From Actinomycetota bacterium (GTDB taxonomy: Bacteria; Actinomycetota; CADDZG01; WHSQ01): a DNA stretch of 64,000 nt. Under the pieces are notes generated by a model, which was not told the DNA's origin, made no database searches, and saw only the letters and a program-made list of their open reading frames with translations. Positions within the stretch are counted from its first letter, which is position 1. Every line of letters begins with the position of its first letter. Below, piece by piece: positions 9,748 through 18,116 of the stretch. Both the position numbers and the translations under genes were made by a program. The stretch spans positions 13,073-77,072 of the forward strand of contig DASZOC010000016.1 in assembly GCA_035550975.1 (NCBI GenBank), read 5' to 3'.

Positions 9748-11157
9748 CTAGGGGCAGGTGCTACACCCCGAGCGCTGCGACACCAGAGGCAGCCTGAACG
9801 ACACGCGGTTATCCGCGACGTGTACGGAATCGCGGGCCGCGGCCGGGCCGAGCGCGCGGCCCTCGAGGAAGTGCGTGTGCGCGTTCGTGATCTCGACCCT
9901 GCGGAACGTTCCGGCAGGCGACGAATCCGCGTCGAAGTGAACCAGCTTGTTCGTGCGCGTACGTCCGGTCAGCTTCGCCGGGTCCTTCTTCGACACACCC
10001 TCGACCAACACCTCGTAGGTGCGCCCGACCGCGGCCAGGTTGCGCTCGTGCGAGATGCGCTGCTGCAGGGCCACGAGCCGGTCGAAGCGGTCCTGGACGA
10101 CCTTTTTCGGCAACTGTCCTGGCAGGGCGGCGGCCTGGGTCATCGGACGCGAGGAGTACTGGAAGGTGTATGCCGCGTCATAACGCGCTTCTTCCACGAG
10201 TGACAACGTCTCGTTGAACTCCTCCTCCGTCTCGCCAGGGAAGCCGACGATGATGTCGGTGGTCACCGCGACATCATCGATCGCCTCGCGCACCATGGCG
10301 ACCTTCTCGAGGTAGCGGGTGCGCGAGTAGGCGCGCTTCATCCGCTTGAGAACCGCATCCGAGCCGGCCTGCACGGGCAGGTGGATGTGCTCGCAGACGC
10401 TCCGGCATTCGGCCATCGCCGCAACCGTGTCGGCCTTGAAGTCCTTCGGGTGCGGGCTCGTGAACCGGATCCGCTGCAGACCTTCGATCTCGTCGAGCGA
10501 CCGAAGCAGCGTCGCGAACAGCGGCGAGCCGTCGAGGTCGCGACCGTAGGAGTTGACGTTCTGTCCCAGCAGCGTCACCTCGACGACACCATCGTCCACC
10601 AGACCCTGGACCTCCTGCACGACGTCCCCAACCCGTCTCGAGGCTTCTTTGCCGCGCACGGCGGGGACGATGCAGAAGGTGCAGGAGTTGTTGCAACCGA
10701 TCGAGATAGACACCCACGCGTGCCACGGCGAGTTCCGTCGCGACGGCAGCGCCGACGGGAAGACCTCCGTCTGCTCGAGGATCTCGAAACTCGGCGACTC
10801 GTCGGATTCGCGCAGCAGGCGCGGAAGGCTCGCGAGATTGTGGGTACCCAGCACGACGTCGACGTACGGCGCCTTCTGCTGGATCAGCGCCTGGTCCTTC
10901 TGCGCGAGACAGCCCCCGACCACGATCTTCATGTCCGGACGAGTGTCTTTGATCGCCTTCATGTGCCCGAGCGTCCCGTACAGGCGCGTGTCGGCTTTCT
11001 CACGGATGCAGCAGGTGTTGAACAGCACGACGGATGCGTCGTCGGGGGCCGCGGCCTTCGAATACCCCTCGGCCTCGAGCATGCCGGCGAGTCGCTCGGA
11101 GTCGTGCTCGTTCATCTGGCACCCGTAGGTGGTGATGAAATAGGTTCGCTGGCTCAC
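9748..11157 (-). CDS. miaB: tRNA-2-methylthio-N6-dimethylallyladenosine synthase (radical SAM methylthiotransferase)
   Basis: UPF0004 N-domain YFITTYGCQMNEHDSE, radical-SAM CNNSCTFC and a C-terminal TRAM domain. The likely start is GTG 11157; the maximal ORF reaches 11220. Confidence 0.9.
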   Translation of the reverse strand: MSQRTYFITTYGCQMNEHDSERLAGMLEAEGYSKAAAPDDASVVLFNTCCIREKADTRLYGTLGHMKAIKDTRPDMKIVVGGCLAQKDQALIQQKAPYVDVVLGTHNLASLPRLLRESDESPSFEILEQTEVFPSALPSRRNSPWHAWVSISIGCNNSCTFCIVPAVRGKEASRRVGDVVQEVQGLVDDGVVEVTLLGQNVNSYGRDLDGSPLFATLLRSLDEIEGLQRIRFTSPHPKDFKADTVAAMAECRSVCEHIHLPVQAGSDAVLKRMKRAYSRTRYLEKVAMVREAIDDVAVTTDIIVGFPGETEEEFNETLSLVEEARYDAAYTFQYSSRPMTQAAALPGQLPKKVVQDRFDRLVALQQRISHERNLAAVGRTYEVLVEGVSKKDPAKLTGRTRTNKLVHFDADSSPAGTFRRVEITNAHTHFLEGRALGPAAARDSVHVADNRVSFRLPLVSQRSGCSTCP

Positions 11158-11244
11158 GAGTTCGAGCCTAAAGCCCGGGCTACTAAGACGGTGTCGGCTA
11201 CGCCGACACCGTCTTAGCAACAGGACCGTCGAAGCCGGTCCTCA

Positions 11245-12780
11245 TTACTTCGCGTAGGCCGCGGACCTCGTTTCCCGGATGACGGTGATGCGGATCTGGC
11301 CCGGGTACTGGAGCTCTTCTTCGACCTTCTTGGCGATATCGCGCGCGATCACCTCCGCGCGCAGGTCGTCGACCTCCTCCGGTTTCACCATCACGCGGAC
11401 CTCACGGCCTGCCTGCATCGCGTAGACCTTCTCGACGCCATCGAACTCGTTCGCTATCTCCTCGAGGCGCTCGAGACGCTTCACGTATGTCTCCAGCGTC
11501 TCGCGCCGGGCGCCGGGGCGGGCTCCTGAGATCGCATCGGCGGTCTGGGTGATGACGGCCTCGATCGTGCGCTGCTCGACCTCGCCGTGGTGAGCCTCGA
11601 TCGCGTGACACACGGCAGGCGATTCCTTCAGTCTGCGCGCGATCTCCGCCCCGATCAGCGCGTGGCTCCCCTCGACCTCGTGCGTCACCGCCTTGCCGAT
11701 GTCGTGAAGCAGCGTGCAGCGTTTCGCCAGCTGAACGTCTTCGAAGCCGATCTCCGCGGCGATCATCCCCGCGATATGCGCCGCCTCGACGACGTGGCGC
11801 AGGACGTTCTGCCCGTAGGAGGTGCGGAACTTCAGACGGCCGAGGACGCGCACGAGCTCGGGATGCATGTCGGTGATACCGGTCTCCATGACCGCCCACT
11901 CTCCACCCTCGCGGATCTCCTGTTCGATCTGGGCCTTCGATTTCTCGTGGACCTCTTCGATACGGACGGGCTGGATGCGCCCGTCCGAGATGAGCCGCTC
12001 GAGGGTGAGCCTGGCCATCTCGCGGCGGATCGGGTCGAAGCACGACAGGACGACGGCTTCGGGGGTGTCGTCGATGATCAGGTTCGTCCCGGTCGTGGCT
12101 TCGAAGGCGCGGATGTTGCGGCCCTCACGCCCGATGATGCGGCCCTTCATGTCCTCGCTCGGCAACGTGATGGTCGTGACCGTCGATTCGGAGGTCAGCT
12201 CGGACGCGACGCGCTGCATCGCGATCGAGATGATCTTGCGGGCGCGCTTGTCGCCCTCCTCGCGGGCCGTCGCTTCGATGTCGCGGACGATCGACATCGC
12301 GTCCCGCTTCGCCTCGTCCTCGATCTGCTCGATCAGCGCCTGCTTCGCGTCCTGCGACGTCATCCCCGCCACGCGCTCGAGCTCCGACCGGGCCCGCTCG
12401 GCGATCCGGTTGATCTCCTCCCGAGCCTTCGAGAGCTCGGCCTCTTTCGTCTCGATCGACTGCTCGCGCCGGTCGAGGCTGACGGCACGTTGGTCGAGGG
12501 TCGCCTCGCGCTGCGAGATGCGGTCCTCTTTCTTGTCTATCTCGATGCGGCGCGCCTTGAGGTCCGCCTCCGCCTCGGTGCGCATGCGGAATGCTTCGTC
12601 CTTGGCTTCTACCAGCGCCTCTCGCTTGGTGCGCTCGGCTTCCTTCTCGGCATCGGCGAGCAGCGTCCGGGCCCTGGCTTCCGCCGAGGTCGCCTCGCGC
12701 TCGCCCATCGACTTCCGATAGAAGTAGCCGCCTGCTGCACCAGCGAGAAGGCCGAGGACGAGACCGATAACGATCTCCAT
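11245..12780 (-). CDS. rny: Ribonuclease Y
   Basis: N-terminal TM helix, coiled-coil region, KH domain (GRIIGREGRNIRAFE) and HD domain (LLHDIGKA). GGAAGGAG RBS upstream. Confidence 0.95.
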   Translation of the reverse strand: MEIVIGLVLGLLAGAAGGYFYRKSMGEREATSAEARARTLLADAEKEAERTKREALVEAKDEAFRMRTEAEADLKARRIEIDKKEDRISQREATLDQRAVSLDRREQSIETKEAELSKAREEINRIAERARSELERVAGMTSQDAKQALIEQIEDEAKRDAMSIVRDIEATAREEGDKRARKIISIAMQRVASELTSESTVTTITLPSEDMKGRIIGREGRNIRAFEATTGTNLIIDDTPEAVVLSCFDPIRREMARLTLERLISDGRIQPVRIEEVHEKSKAQIEQEIREGGEWAVMETGITDMHPELVRVLGRLKFRTSYGQNVLRHVVEAAHIAGMIAAEIGFEDVQLAKRCTLLHDIGKAVTHEVEGSHALIGAEIARRLKESPAVCHAIEAHHGEVEQRTIEAVITQTADAISGARPGARRETLETYVKRLERLEEIANEFDGVEKVYAMQAGREVRVMVKPEEVDDLRAEVIARDIAKKVEEELQYPGQIRITVIRETRSAAYAK

Positions 12781-13135
12781 CGCCCGCTCCTTCCTCTCGA
12801 TCGGACCGGGCGCGAGCCGCGGTCAAGCGGCTGTTGCTCAGCCCTGGTGCGAGCGAACGAACGAGGGTCTAGCTAACCGGTTGTCAGGACAGGGGGTTGA
12901 CGGTCGAAGCCGAAGATCCCCTGGTCACAGGGTGTTTCGCCCACAGGGTGAGCGATAGCCGAATGGTCGTTACGAAGGCCGACAGTGACGGTTTCAGATG
13001 ACTCTCGCTTGTTCGTTCGAACCTTTTGGTTGTGTCTAGGCACTTGCTTTCGTGTCTGTTCACAATGGTACGCCCGTGGCGGAGCAGTGTCAGCAAGCCA
13101 GGGAATCCCAGACGGACGGGCTGGGCCCCGAGGAA

Positions 13136-13223
13136 GGCGAAACGAGGCCCGGCGGCCGCCCTGAGCGTGGCGAAACGAGCCCCGGGCGGCAACGCCGAGC
13201 GTGTCGAAACTGACGCCTGAGCC
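13136..13223 (+). repeat. Tandem repeat of about 33-34 nt, 2.6 copies (GGCGAAACGAG..GAGCGT)
   Basis: Units at 13136-13168, 13169-13202 and a partial 13203-13223. The first 11 nt and last 6 nt of the full units are identical. Confidence 0.8.
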
Positions 13224-13241
13224 ACCCTTGGAGGGCCGCCC

Positions 13242-13323
13242 CCATCAAGGCACTCGATCCAGCCCGCTCGATCCAGGCCCCGCCATCGAGGCGCTCCGTC
13301 GAGGCCGTTCGACCGAGGCCGAC
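13242..13323 (+). repeat. Degenerate tandem array, six units of 13-15 nt (core CGATC[C/G]AGGC)
   Basis: The units are ccatcaaggcact, cgatccagcccgct, cgatccaggccccgc, catcgaggcgctc, cgtcgaggccgtt and cgaccgaggccgac. Confidence 0.7.
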
Positions 13324-13456
13324 CCGCATGAGCAACACGGGCTATGACGCGCCTAGCCAGGACGGGTCACGCGGCAGATTAAGGGATTTGGAAGTTATTG
13401 CCGATAGGTCCGGTAGGCGAGCCCAACAGGGCCCGGGGAATCACTGGGAGGACACC

Positions 13457-14596
13457 GTGAAGCGTTCACTGCGACCACTACTGATGGTCATGGCCATGGT
13501 CTCGGGCCTCGTCGCCACGGCGGCACCAGCGTGGGCCGACCTCGACGCCGGCGTCGGATCGATCGTGAAAGCACCCGTCACGAGCGACAACGACGGCGAT
13601 GACTCCACCAGTGGCACGTCCTACACCGAAGACAACGACACCAACGATGGCGGGACCAGCAACAACGTGTCGGACGACGGCGACAACGCCCACCCCTCGG
13701 GCAAGGATCGCTCGGTCGAGAGTGGCGGCTCCGGCAACCAGGGCAAGGCGAAGTCCGACCCGGACGATGACGGACGCGGCCCCGACCGCAGCAACGGCGG
13801 CCCCGATAAGCCGAACGGCTCGGGTGGCACCGACAAGGCCGACCAGGATGGGAACAACGGTTGCGGCAACGACGACGACTTCGAAGACGACAACGAGGGC
13901 TGGTGTGGCAAGCCCACTCGCACGACGGCCGGTAACGGCTGCACCAAGGGAAACCGTCACGGGTGGGAGTGCAACGACCGCGGCCGAACCAATATCTCCG
14001 GTAGCGGCTCATCCACCTGCCCGAACAAGCACATGGGCGGTGACGACGCCGGCAAGGGCGCGAACCAGAGCGGCGCCTACGGCAGCACGTGTGACGGCTC
14101 GCCGTCCCTGAATGGCAACGGCACCGGGGGCCGCGGCAAGCCGTGCGCCGGCTGTGTAGGAAATGCCGACGACAAGAACCCTCCCGGCCAGAGCCCCGAC
14201 GGCTCCGACGCCAACACGGGTTACGAGTGTGACGAGAACTCAGGCGTCGGCCGTACCAACCCTGCCCACTCCGGCTGTACCCCTGCGGCTGCGGCACCGG
14301 GCCCCGACGTCCTCGGTCGTACCGACCTCGCCTGCCCCGCGGGCACCGACAGGGCGGGCCAAGCGATGATCGCTCTGAAGGATTGCGACGACAACGACGA
14401 CTCGGTGCTCGGGTCGATCGTCCGCAACGCCGGGCCGGTCGGTGTCGCCGCCAAGAAGGTGGCCTCCGCGGTTGGAGCCGTACTTCCCTTCACGGGGGCC
14501 GGCGACCTCGTAGCGTTCCTCGGACTAGCGGGTCTGCTCCTTGCGGCGGGCGCGATGATGCTGCGCAAGAAGAACGAGGTCGGTACGGAGGCGTAA
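13457..14596 (+). CDS. LPXTG-anchored, Asp/Asn/Gly-rich, 12-Cys cell-surface protein
   Basis: GTG 13457 sits 5 nt after GGGAGGA. Signal peptide VKRSLRPLLMVMAMVSGLVATAAPAWA. C-terminal sorting signal LPFTG, then a hydrophobic stretch, then RKKNE. The in-frame upstream ATG at 13328 would put 43 non-signal residues ahead of the signal peptide. Confidence 0.8.
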   Translation: MKRSLRPLLMVMAMVSGLVATAAPAWADLDAGVGSIVKAPVTSDNDGDDSTSGTSYTEDNDTNDGGTSNNVSDDGDNAHPSGKDRSVESGGSGNQGKAKSDPDDDGRGPDRSNGGPDKPNGSGGTDKADQDGNNGCGNDDDFEDDNEGWCGKPTRTTAGNGCTKGNRHGWECNDRGRTNISGSGSSTCPNKHMGGDDAGKGANQSGAYGSTCDGSPSLNGNGTGGRGKPCAGCVGNADDKNPPGQSPDGSDANTGYECDENSGVGRTNPAHSGCTPAAAAPGPDVLGRTDLACPAGTDRAGQAMIALKDCDDNDDSVLGSIVRNAGPVGVAAKKVASAVGAVLPFTGAGDLVAFLGLAGLLLAAGAMMLRKKNEVGTEA

Positions 14597-14729
14597 CACC
14601 CTTAGCCCCACCAATCAGGTTCCGTCCCAGCCGGCTACCGGGGATCGGTCCGCCTCGTGCGCGACTTCCTCGGTAGCCGCTGGTCGTTACGCGGACGGAT
14701 CAGGCGTCGCGCAGGGCCTTACCGGTCGA

Positions 14730-15128
14730 TCAGGTGCCGGGGAGCGCGAAGAACTCTGCCTGCAGGTTGTCCGGGTCGCGGAATGTGATGACCGCTCCGT
14801 ACTCGACCTCCTTGACGCCGGAGTGCTCGATGCCGAGCTCGTCGAGCTTGTTCACCCACTGGTCCATCTCGGCGCGCGACGTGACGTTGAGCGCGAAGTG
14901 GTCCAGGCCGACCCGCGTCTCGTCGAAACGATCGTCGCGACGGCCCTTGTCGTGGGCGCGGAAGCCCATGATCAAGCCAGACGGGTGCATGTTGACGGTG
15001 TACTCGATCCCGTCCTCCGTCCCTTCGAACAGCTTCTCGATGCCCAAAAGATCGCTCCACCACTTCGTCGAAGCCTGGACATCGGAGACAGTCAATGTGA
15101 GGTGGGACAGACCCGTTATCTGTGGCAT
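14730..15128 (-). CDS. VOC (glyoxalase/bleomycin-resistance/dioxygenase) family protein
   Basis: A 132-aa product, LSHLTLTVSDVQAS..W..LG, with a typical paired beta-alpha-beta-beta-beta module length. Confidence 0.75.
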   Translation of the reverse strand: MPQITGLSHLTLTVSDVQASTKWWSDLLGIEKLFEGTEDGIEYTVNMHPSGLIMGFRAHDKGRRDDRFDETRVGLDHFALNVTSRAEMDQWVNKLDELGIEHSGVKEVEYGAVITFRDPDNLQAEFFALPGT

Positions 15129-15169
15129 CGGCGAACCCTAACCGGGGTCCGTCGACGGCGGCCGGCCCT

Positions 15170-15685
15170 TCAGTCCCAGCCCTCCGGCGGGAGAACCGCA
15201 CGGACCGCATCGTGCGCGATCTCGTGCGAGAACCCGCGGCGCAATAGCCGCCCGAGCAACGCCTCTGCCTGACGCTCGAGCGGCTTGTCGCCAACCTTCG
15301 ACACGAACCGCGCGGCGACCTCGGCGGCCTGCGCAACCTCGTCGATCCCGGCGGCCGCAACCGCTTCCTCCGCCGCCTCGCGCTCGATGCCCTTCTCGAT
15401 GAGCTCCGCGACGAGCGCCTCTCCGGCTCGGCCCCTTCCCAAAGCTCGTTCCGATACCCACTGCTGGGCAAAGGCGGCGTCGTCGATCAGACGCAGCTCG
15501 ATCAATCGCTCGACCGCACGGTCGACGACCAACTCCTCGAATCCCGCCATGGAGAGCCGGACCCGAAGCTCGTGCTCGGTGCGCGGGCGGGACGCCAGGA
15601 GATGTCCCGCCCGCTGCATGGCTTCGCGATAGGCACCTTCGTCGAGTAGCTCCGTCTGGCTTGCGCCGATCCTGGTAGCTGCCAT
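15170..15685 (-). CDS. recX: Recombination regulator RecX
   Basis: ATG 15685 is preceded by GAGGAGGA, 16 nt after the recA stop. Helical-repeat sequence (EHELRVRL.., DDAAFAQQWV) sits directly downstream of recA. Confidence 0.85.
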   Translation of the reverse strand: MAATRIGASQTELLDEGAYREAMQRAGHLLASRPRTEHELRVRLSMAGFEELVVDRAVERLIELRLIDDAAFAQQWVSERALGRGRAGEALVAELIEKGIEREAAEEAVAAAGIDEVAQAAEVAARFVSKVGDKPLERQAEALLGRLLRRGFSHEIAHDAVRAVLPPEGWD

Positions 15686-15701
15686 CGCGATCCTCCTCGT
15701 C

Positions 15702-17879
15702 CTAGCCGGCGTCCGCCTCCGCCGGTTGTTTCTTGGGCACGTCGGTCTTGTCGTCATCCGTGGCGAGAAGGCCGAGCTTCTCCTTGATCTTCAGCTCGAT
15801 CTCCGTCGCGATGTCGGGATTGTCGGCGAGGAACGCCTTCGCGTTCTCTCTCCCCTGCCCGAGCTGGTCGTCGCCGTAGATGAACCACGCTCCCGACTTC
15901 CGCACGATGTCGTGCTCGATCGCGACATCGAGCAGGCTGCCCTCTTTCGAGATTCCGAATCCATACTGGATGTCGAACTCGGCCTTCTTGAAAGGCGCCG
16001 AGACTTTGTTCTTGACGACCTTCACCCGGACCCGCGAGCCGACGACCTCGGCTCCGTCCTTAAGAGAGTCGATGCGCCGAACATCGAGCCGCACGCTCGA
16101 GTAGAACTTCAACGCGCGCCCGCCAGGGGTGGTTTCGGGAGAGTTGTGAACCATGACGCCATCAACAAAATAGTTGTGGCTTCCTTCAACCTCGATGTCG
16201 TAACGGTTCATGCTGCGAGTCACCGGCTTTTGGTGAATGTCTATTACTGGAGCCGAGAAGAGCTCGTGTCTCACCTCGTCGAAGGTCGGCTCCACTGTGC
16301 ACTGTCCTTGGAACTGAGGAAGCAGTTTGTATTGCATCGAGTCATGGATGAATGGAGCCACGAGGACCTGGAACTCCTCGCTCGCTAGCTTGGTAAAGAC
16401 GATGATGGCCTTGCCCCTAATTGAAGTGAGGCGCACATCCAGGTCCCACGTGTCCTGGAGGTAATCCACCACACGCTGGCGTGTGTCCGGAGTCATCGCC
16501 TGGACACAGATCTGGATCCGAGCGGAAGTCTGAGCTTCATTCCGCACATCAAGGTGACCGTCGTCCATGTACCAAACTGCGAGTGACAATGGGGTCAAGT
16601 GCTTTAGGTACTCGTCTGAGAAATATTTCTTCGACCCGACGTAAACCTCATCTCGAAGTTCAGAGAGTTCGACAAGTGGGGTCAGGTCCGCGAACACCGC
16701 TCCCTTCTCGTTGGTGGTCCGACACGCAGGAATGTTCCCTAAGAGGGAGAGTTTCCAGTTCAGGTAGTCGGCTTGTTGGGCTGCGTGACCCATCCGATAG
16801 CGAACTCCACCCAGTGCTCCCGTAATCCGTCGAGGCTTTGTTCCGAGTGAACCGTCACCCATCAAGCCGCCGCGAATGACTTCCCACTGAAATTCGCTGA
16901 GTCGTTCTTCGGCGGTTAGGAGAACCAAATCTCCAGGACGGAGATCCTTCGCTTCAGTCCACCCATACGGCGTTCGGATCTGATGGTTAGGAGTCGCCGC
17001 GAACTGTGCTTTGCCGTTCTTCGTCGGCTTCGCAACCGTGAACTGCAGGAAGTGGTCCGTCTTACCGTTGTTGAACCAGTTGATGACCTTCTTAGGCTCG
17101 ACTCTGCCGGTCTCGAAGTTGTACGAAAGAACTTCAACGGGGATCTTCTGGTTGACGATCTTGCCAATACGCTCTTGGGTTCCATCGGCGAGCGTCACGC
17201 GCGTGCTATAGGAAAAGCACCCGAACATGACACCGATCTTTTCGCGTAGTTGGTTGATGAAGATGAGGATCGTGTGGCTCCGGTTCACGCTTCCCGCGAG
17301 CTTGCGGAGCGCCTGACTCATCAAACGAGCTTGCAGACCGACGTGCGTGTCGCCCATCTCGCCTTCGAGCTCGGCGCGCGGAACGAGCGCCGCCACCGAG
17401 TCGACGACGATGACGTTCATCGCGCCCGAGCGCACGAGGGTGTCGGTGATCTCGAGGGCCTGCTCGCCGGTGTCGGGCTGGCTGACCAACAGGTTGTCGA
17501 TGTCGACCCCGAGTGCCTTGGCGTACGTCGGATCGAGCGCGTGCTCCGCATCGATGAATGCCACGAGACCGCCGGCCTTCTGCGCCTCGGCGATCACGTG
17601 CAACGAGACGGTCGTCTTGCCGCTGCCCTCGGGGCCGTATATCTCCACTATGCGGCCTTGCGGGAGGCCACCTACACCGAGGGCAAGGTCGAGCGCGAGC
17701 GAACCCGTCGGCACGACCGAGACATCCCTGCGGGTGCCTTCGTCGCCGAGGCGCATGATGGCGCCCTTGCCGTGGTTCTTCTCGATCTGTTGCATCGCCA
17801 TGTCGAGCGCTGCATCGCGCCCCTTGCCGTCTGCGCCGTTGTCGGTCACCACGCCTCTGGTGCTGTTGCTCGCTGCCAC
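15702..17879 (-). CDS. recA: Recombinase RecA precursor (366-aa extein interrupted by a 359-aa intein)
   Basis: GTG 17879 lies 7 nt after AAGGAGG. Walker A is GPEGSGKTT. The sequence ..REKIGVMFG is followed by the intein and then [23 protein letters not shown]. Confidence 0.95.
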   Translation of the reverse strand: MAASNSTRGVVTDNGADGKGRDAALDMAMQQIEKNHGKGAIMRLGDEGTRRDVSVVPTGSLALDLALGVGGLPQGRIVEIYGPEGSGKTTVSLHVIAEAQKAGGLVAFIDAEHALDPTYAKALGVDIDNLLVSQPDTGEQALEITDTLVRSGAMNVIVVDSVAALVPRAELEGEMGDTHVGLQARLMSQALRKLAGSVNRSHTILIFINQLREKIGVMFGCFSYSTRVTLADGTQERIGKIVNQKIPVEVLSYNFETGRVEPKKVINWFNNGKTDHFLQFTVAKPTKNGKAQFAATPNHQIRTPYGWTEAKDLRPGDLVLLTAEERLSEFQWEVIRGGLMGDGSLGTKPRRITGALGGVRYRMGHAAQQADYLNWKLSLLGNIPACRTTNEKGAVFADLTPLVELSELRDEVYVGSKKYFSDEYLKHLTPLSLAVWYMDDGHLDVRNEAQTSARIQICVQAMTPDTRQRVVDYLQDTWDLDVRLTSIRGKAIIVFTKLASEEFQVLVAPFIHDSMQYKLLPQFQGQCTVEPTFDEVRHELFSAPVIDIHQKPVTRSMNRYDIEVEGSHNYFVDGVMVHNSPETTPGGRALKFYSSVRLDVRRIDSLKDGAEVVGSRVRVKVVKNKVSAPFKKAEFDIQYGFGISKEGSLLDVAIEHDIVRKSGAWFIYGDDQLGQGRENAKAFLADNPDIATEIELKIKEKLGLLATDDDKTDVPKKQPAEADAG
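16143..17219 (-). mobile_element. RecA intein with a LAGLIDADG homing-endonuclease domain (RecA-b type insertion point GVMFG/SPETT)
   Basis: Starts with Cys (TGC, 17219-17217) and ends with His-Asn (16148-16143), with Ser at +1. Block B is TPNHQI and the C-terminal block is [13 protein letters not shown]. The two LAGLIDADG motifs are [11 protein letters not shown] and [13 protein letters not shown] content is visibly lower than in the flanking recA. Confidence 0.9.
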
Positions 17880-17957
17880 TGGCAAGCCTCCTTGTCTAGG
17901 CCCGGTCCGGGCCTCTGAACTGACTCCAGTGACCCTAGAGAGACGGTGTGACAATAG

Positions 17958-17973
17958 TCGAACAGACGTTCGG
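17958..17973 (-). promoter_or_regulatory. LexA SOS box (Gram-positive/actinobacterial GAAC-N4-GTTC type)
   Basis: TCGAACAGACGTTCGG lies 79-94 nt upstream of the recA GTG. It matches TCGAAC-N4-GTTCGA at 15 of 16 positions. Confidence 0.7.
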
Positions 17974-18116
17974 GTAGGGGGATTTCCATCGGCGAATCCC
18001 CACCCCGTAACTACGCACCTGTCATTCTAGGCCCGAACCCGCTCAGGGGGAAGCAGGACGCGGGCGCCGTGCCGTCGAAGCCGTTCGTAGAGGGTTGTCA
18101 CAAGGGAGGAGACGGC

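Noticed and set aside
13011-13022. The palindrome GTTCGTTCGAAC as a second SOS box.
   Set aside because: The half-sites are in the opposite arrangement (GTTCG..CGAAC) with a 2-nt spacer, unlike GAAC-N4-GTTC. It is better explained as one arm of the long-range pairing with 12854-12865.
12884-13225. Track ORFs 12884..13225 (-), 13026..13220 (+) and 13090..13338 (-) inside the non-coding island.
   Set aside because: They have no RBS, a low-complexity Arg/Ala/Pro composition, reading frames driven by the tandem repeats, and no signal or motif. They are treated as non-coding.
13136-13323. A possible CRISPR array in the rny-LPXTG spacer.
   Set aside because: The repeat units abut directly with no unique spacers. 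There are only 2.6 and 6 degenerate copies, the units are the wrong size or too variable, and there are no cas genes.
13328-13456. The upstream ATG at 13328 as the start of the LPXTG protein.
   Set aside because: It would place 43 hydrophilic residues in front of a textbook signal peptide. GTG 13457 has a GGGAGGA RBS at ideal spacing.
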